From the NCBI GenBank assembly GCA_030603745.1, contig JAUVXE010000007.1, positions 43,392 to 107,391 of the forward strand: a stretch of 64,000 nucleotides of DNA, in the 5' to 3' direction. This DNA is from Coriobacteriia bacterium. GTDB lineage: Bacteria > Actinomycetota > Coriobacteriia > Anaerosomatales > SLCP01. The notes under the pieces are model-generated. The model was given only the letters and a program-made list of their open reading frames with translations. It made no database searches and was not told the DNA's origin. The position numbers were made by a program, and so were the translations under genes. Shown in pieces: positions 62,495 through 64,000 of the stretch. How positions within the stretch are numbered: position 1 is the first letter of the stretch; each line of letters starts with the position of its first letter.

Positions 62495-63153
62495 GGCCGC
62501 TCTCCCGCGCCGAGGCGGTCCCGTGCGATCCGCGCGACGAGCTTGAGCGCGCTCTCCGCGCCGCGCGCGACGCCGTTCGCGCCGACCTCGCGGGCGAGCG
62601 CCGGGTCGGCCGCGAACGGGCCGCCGGAGACGAGCAGCAGCATGTCGTCGCGCCCGGCGGCGGCGAACATCTCGCGCACCCGGGCCACCGCGCGGGCGGT
62701 CGCCATCATCTGTGCCGAGACGAGCACGATGCGCGCGCCGGTCTCCTCGGCGCGCTCGAGGAACTCCGACGGCCGCACGTCGGCGCCCAGGTCGATCACC
62801 CGATGGCCGGCGTCTTTGAGCGCCGCCGCGATGATGTCCTTGTCGATCGTGTGGTGATCGCGGTGCATCGAGCCGACAAGCACCGTGATCCCGGTGTCTT
62901 GAGCGGTGGCCGGCGGCGTGGCGAACGAGGTGATCTGCTCGGCGACCACCGAAGCCTGCGTGAAGGTGTACTCGTCGATCGCGCCGCTCGCCCACGCCCC
63001 GCCGAGGAGGGCCATCGCCGGCGCGAAAAGGGTGTCGAAGAGCGCGCCCTGGTCCATGCCTCCGTCGCGCGCCTGTTCGATGACCGAGATCGCGGTCGCG
63101 GGGTCCTGGCTCACGAACGCCTGGTAGAGGCGTGCCGCGTCATCATCGGCCAT
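62491..63153 (-). CDS. Cobalamin (B12)-binding-domain protein
   Basis: 220 aa: an N-terminal helical bundle followed by a Rossmann-like B12-binding domain. A variant DxHxxG region is present (SMHRDHHTIDKD), with VLVSAQMM and LLVSGGP downstream. Confidence 0.65.
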   Translation of the reverse strand: MADDDAARLYQAFVSQDPATAISVIEQARDGGMDQGALFDTLFAPAMALLGGAWASGAIDEYTFTQASVVAEQITSFATPPATAQDTGITVLVGSMHRDHHTIDKDIIAAALKDAGHRVIDLGADVRPSEFLERAEETGARIVLVSAQMMATARAVARVREMFAAAGRDDMLLLVSGGPFAADPALAREVGANGVARGAESALKLVARIARDRLGAGERP

Positions 63154-63299
63154 CCGTCACGCCCCCTTTCCCGTCGCGCCGGGCTCAGCCGGCCCACGCT
63201 CGCTCGCTCGGTCGCACACGCTTCTGTGTGGTGCAAGTATCGCAGAGCCCGAGCGGGCCGGGCAAAGCGCGCCGGCGCCGCTTCGGGAGATGCGGTCGC

Positions 63300-63386
63300 T
63301 GGTAGCGGTGGTGGGATTCGAACCCACACGGCCGTGAGGCCAGAGGCTTTTAAGGCCCCCTCCTGTACCAGTTCGGATACACCGCC
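63300..63386 (-). tRNA. tRNA-Leu (anticodon UAA)
   Basis: 87 nt: GGCGGUG-UA-UCC-GAACUGGUACA-GGA-G-GGGGC-CUUAAAA-GCCUC-UGGCCUCACGGCCGU-GUGGG-UUCGAAU-CCCAC-CACCGCU-ACCA. It is a type-II tRNA with a long variable arm and an encoded CCA. Confidence 0.85.
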
Positions 63387-63389
63387 CCA

Positions 63390-64000
63390 TCACATGAGCC
63401 CCGGTCCGCGCTCGAGGCCGGACACCAGCTCGATGGCGATCCCGTACAGTATGTCGTGCTCGCTCACGACCGTCGAATCAAGACCGGCCAGATCCAGCAG
63501 CTCGCCGAGGATGAGCGCGCCGGCGACGATCACCGGGGCACGGCCCGGGTGCAGCCCCGGGACCTCGAGCCGCTCGCTCAGCGGCATCGCGGCGAGGCGG
63601 TCGGCGATCGCGCCGACCCGGTCGCGGGCGAGCACCGCCCCGTGCACGCGCGCGGGGTCGTAGACGGTGAGCCCGAGATCGATCGCCACGAGCGTGGTGG
63701 CCGTCCCGGCGAGCGCGATGGAGGAGCGCGGCGGCGCCGGAAGCGCCTCGAACGCGGGCCCGAGGAGGTCGCGGACGTAGGCGCGCGCGGCGGAGAACTC
63801 CGCCGGGGCGGGAGGGTCGGAGGGCAGGCAGACCTCGGTCACCCGACGCGAGCCGACGTCGACCGAGCGGGCGAACGCGACGCGCGGCTCGGCGCCCGCA
63901 CTGCCGAGGACGATCTCGGTCGAGCCGCCGCCGATGTCGTTCACGAGCACGTCCTCGGCGTCGACCCCCCACGTCGCGCCCGCGAAGGCGAGCCGGGCCT
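63390..64000 (-). CDS. Ppx/GppA-family phosphatase (5' end beyond window)
   Basis: The frame is open to the window end. Sequence: ...VLVNDIGGGSTEIVLG...ALAGTATTLVAI...LHPGRAPVIVAGALILGELL, i.e. ASKHA-fold Ppx/GppA motifs. Confidence 0.8.
   Translation of the reverse strand, partial: ARLAFAGATWGVDAEDVLVNDIGGGSTEIVLGSAGAEPRVAFARSVDVGSRRVTEVCLPSDPPAPAEFSAARAYVRDLLGPAFEALPAPPRSSIALAGTATTLVAIDLGLTVYDPARVHGAVLARDRVGAIADRLAAMPLSERLEVPGLHPGRAPVIVAGALILGELLDLAGLDSTVVSEHDILYGIAIELVSGLERGPGLM

Noticed and set aside
63300-63386. Long-variable-arm tRNA first suspected to be tRNA-Sec.
   Set aside because: The anticodon loop reads CU-UAA-AA with a normal 7-bp acceptor and 3-bp D-stem, making it a type-II tRNA-Leu(UAA). 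The real tRNA-Sec (UCA) is at 52603..52699, next to selB.
1-64000. Search for CRISPR arrays, IS elements, integrases, prophage or toxin-antitoxin and defence islands.
   Set aside because: I saw no regularly spaced direct repeats, no transposase, integrase or recombinase-like ORFs, and no terminal inverted repeats. The only repeats are the intragenic adhesin duplication, the 11-bp-phased 9-mer pair and the three operator palindromes.

Overview
The window is visibly very GC-rich, with third codon positions almost all G/C. It is coded almost entirely on the minus strand and looks like chromosome from a monoderm, anaerobic, Actinomycetota-like bacterium. An LPXTG-type sortase substrate, Tat-exported redox enzymes and full selenocysteine machinery support that reading.

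Layout:
- 1-4.1 kb: che operon (cheR-mcp-cheW-cheY-cheB).
- 4.2-5.2 kb: an L,D-transpeptidase.
- 5.3-25.9 kb: one co-directional cluster of about 20.7 kb, and the most interesting content. In transcription order it encodes an FdnI/HydC-type b-cytochrome; 7-, 13- and 20-heme c-cytochromes; a TPR protein; and a membrane-spanning NHL propeller. A promoter, palindromic operator, Moco/Tuco-type riboswitch and terminator follow, ahead of the second half. That half encodes a Tat-exported selenocysteine (in-frame TGA plus SECIS) FdnG-like molybdo/tungstopterin subunit and an FdnH-like FeS subunit. It continues with an OmcS-like hexaheme cytochrome, a DMT-like membrane protein, a lipoprotein, a second NHL propeller and a 14-heme cytochrome carrying an FG-GAP propeller insert. 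I read this as a candidate extracellular electron-transfer conduit wired to a formate dehydrogenase.
- 26.1-36.5 kb: a pterin-cofactor operon (mobA-fdhD fusion, moeA, mobB, moaA, moaC, MOSC, mogA/moaB, cysteine desulfurase, DUF3343), then tupABC behind a second copy of the same riboswitch.
- 36.6-40.6 kb: a LysR regulator and fur-cbiMQO.
- 40.7-44.8 kb: a 1373-aa LPXTG adhesin with DUF11 repeats.
- 45-52.5 kb: flavodiiron protein, polyprenyl synthase, fetAB-like exporter, nitroreductase, ybgA-like gene and photolyase.
- 52.6-57.7 kb: the complete Sec-decoding locus (selD, itself a TGA selenoprotein, then a yedF-like gene, selA, selB and tRNA-Sec).
- 57.7-64 kb: degenerate-GGDEF/EAL protein, GH-like protein, TPR protein, B12-binding protein, tRNA-Leu and a partial ppx/gppA.

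I saw no CRISPR array, transposase, integrase or rRNA. Many very long ORFs in the six-frame track are antisense GC artefacts. All family assignments come from motif recognition by eye; no database search was possible.
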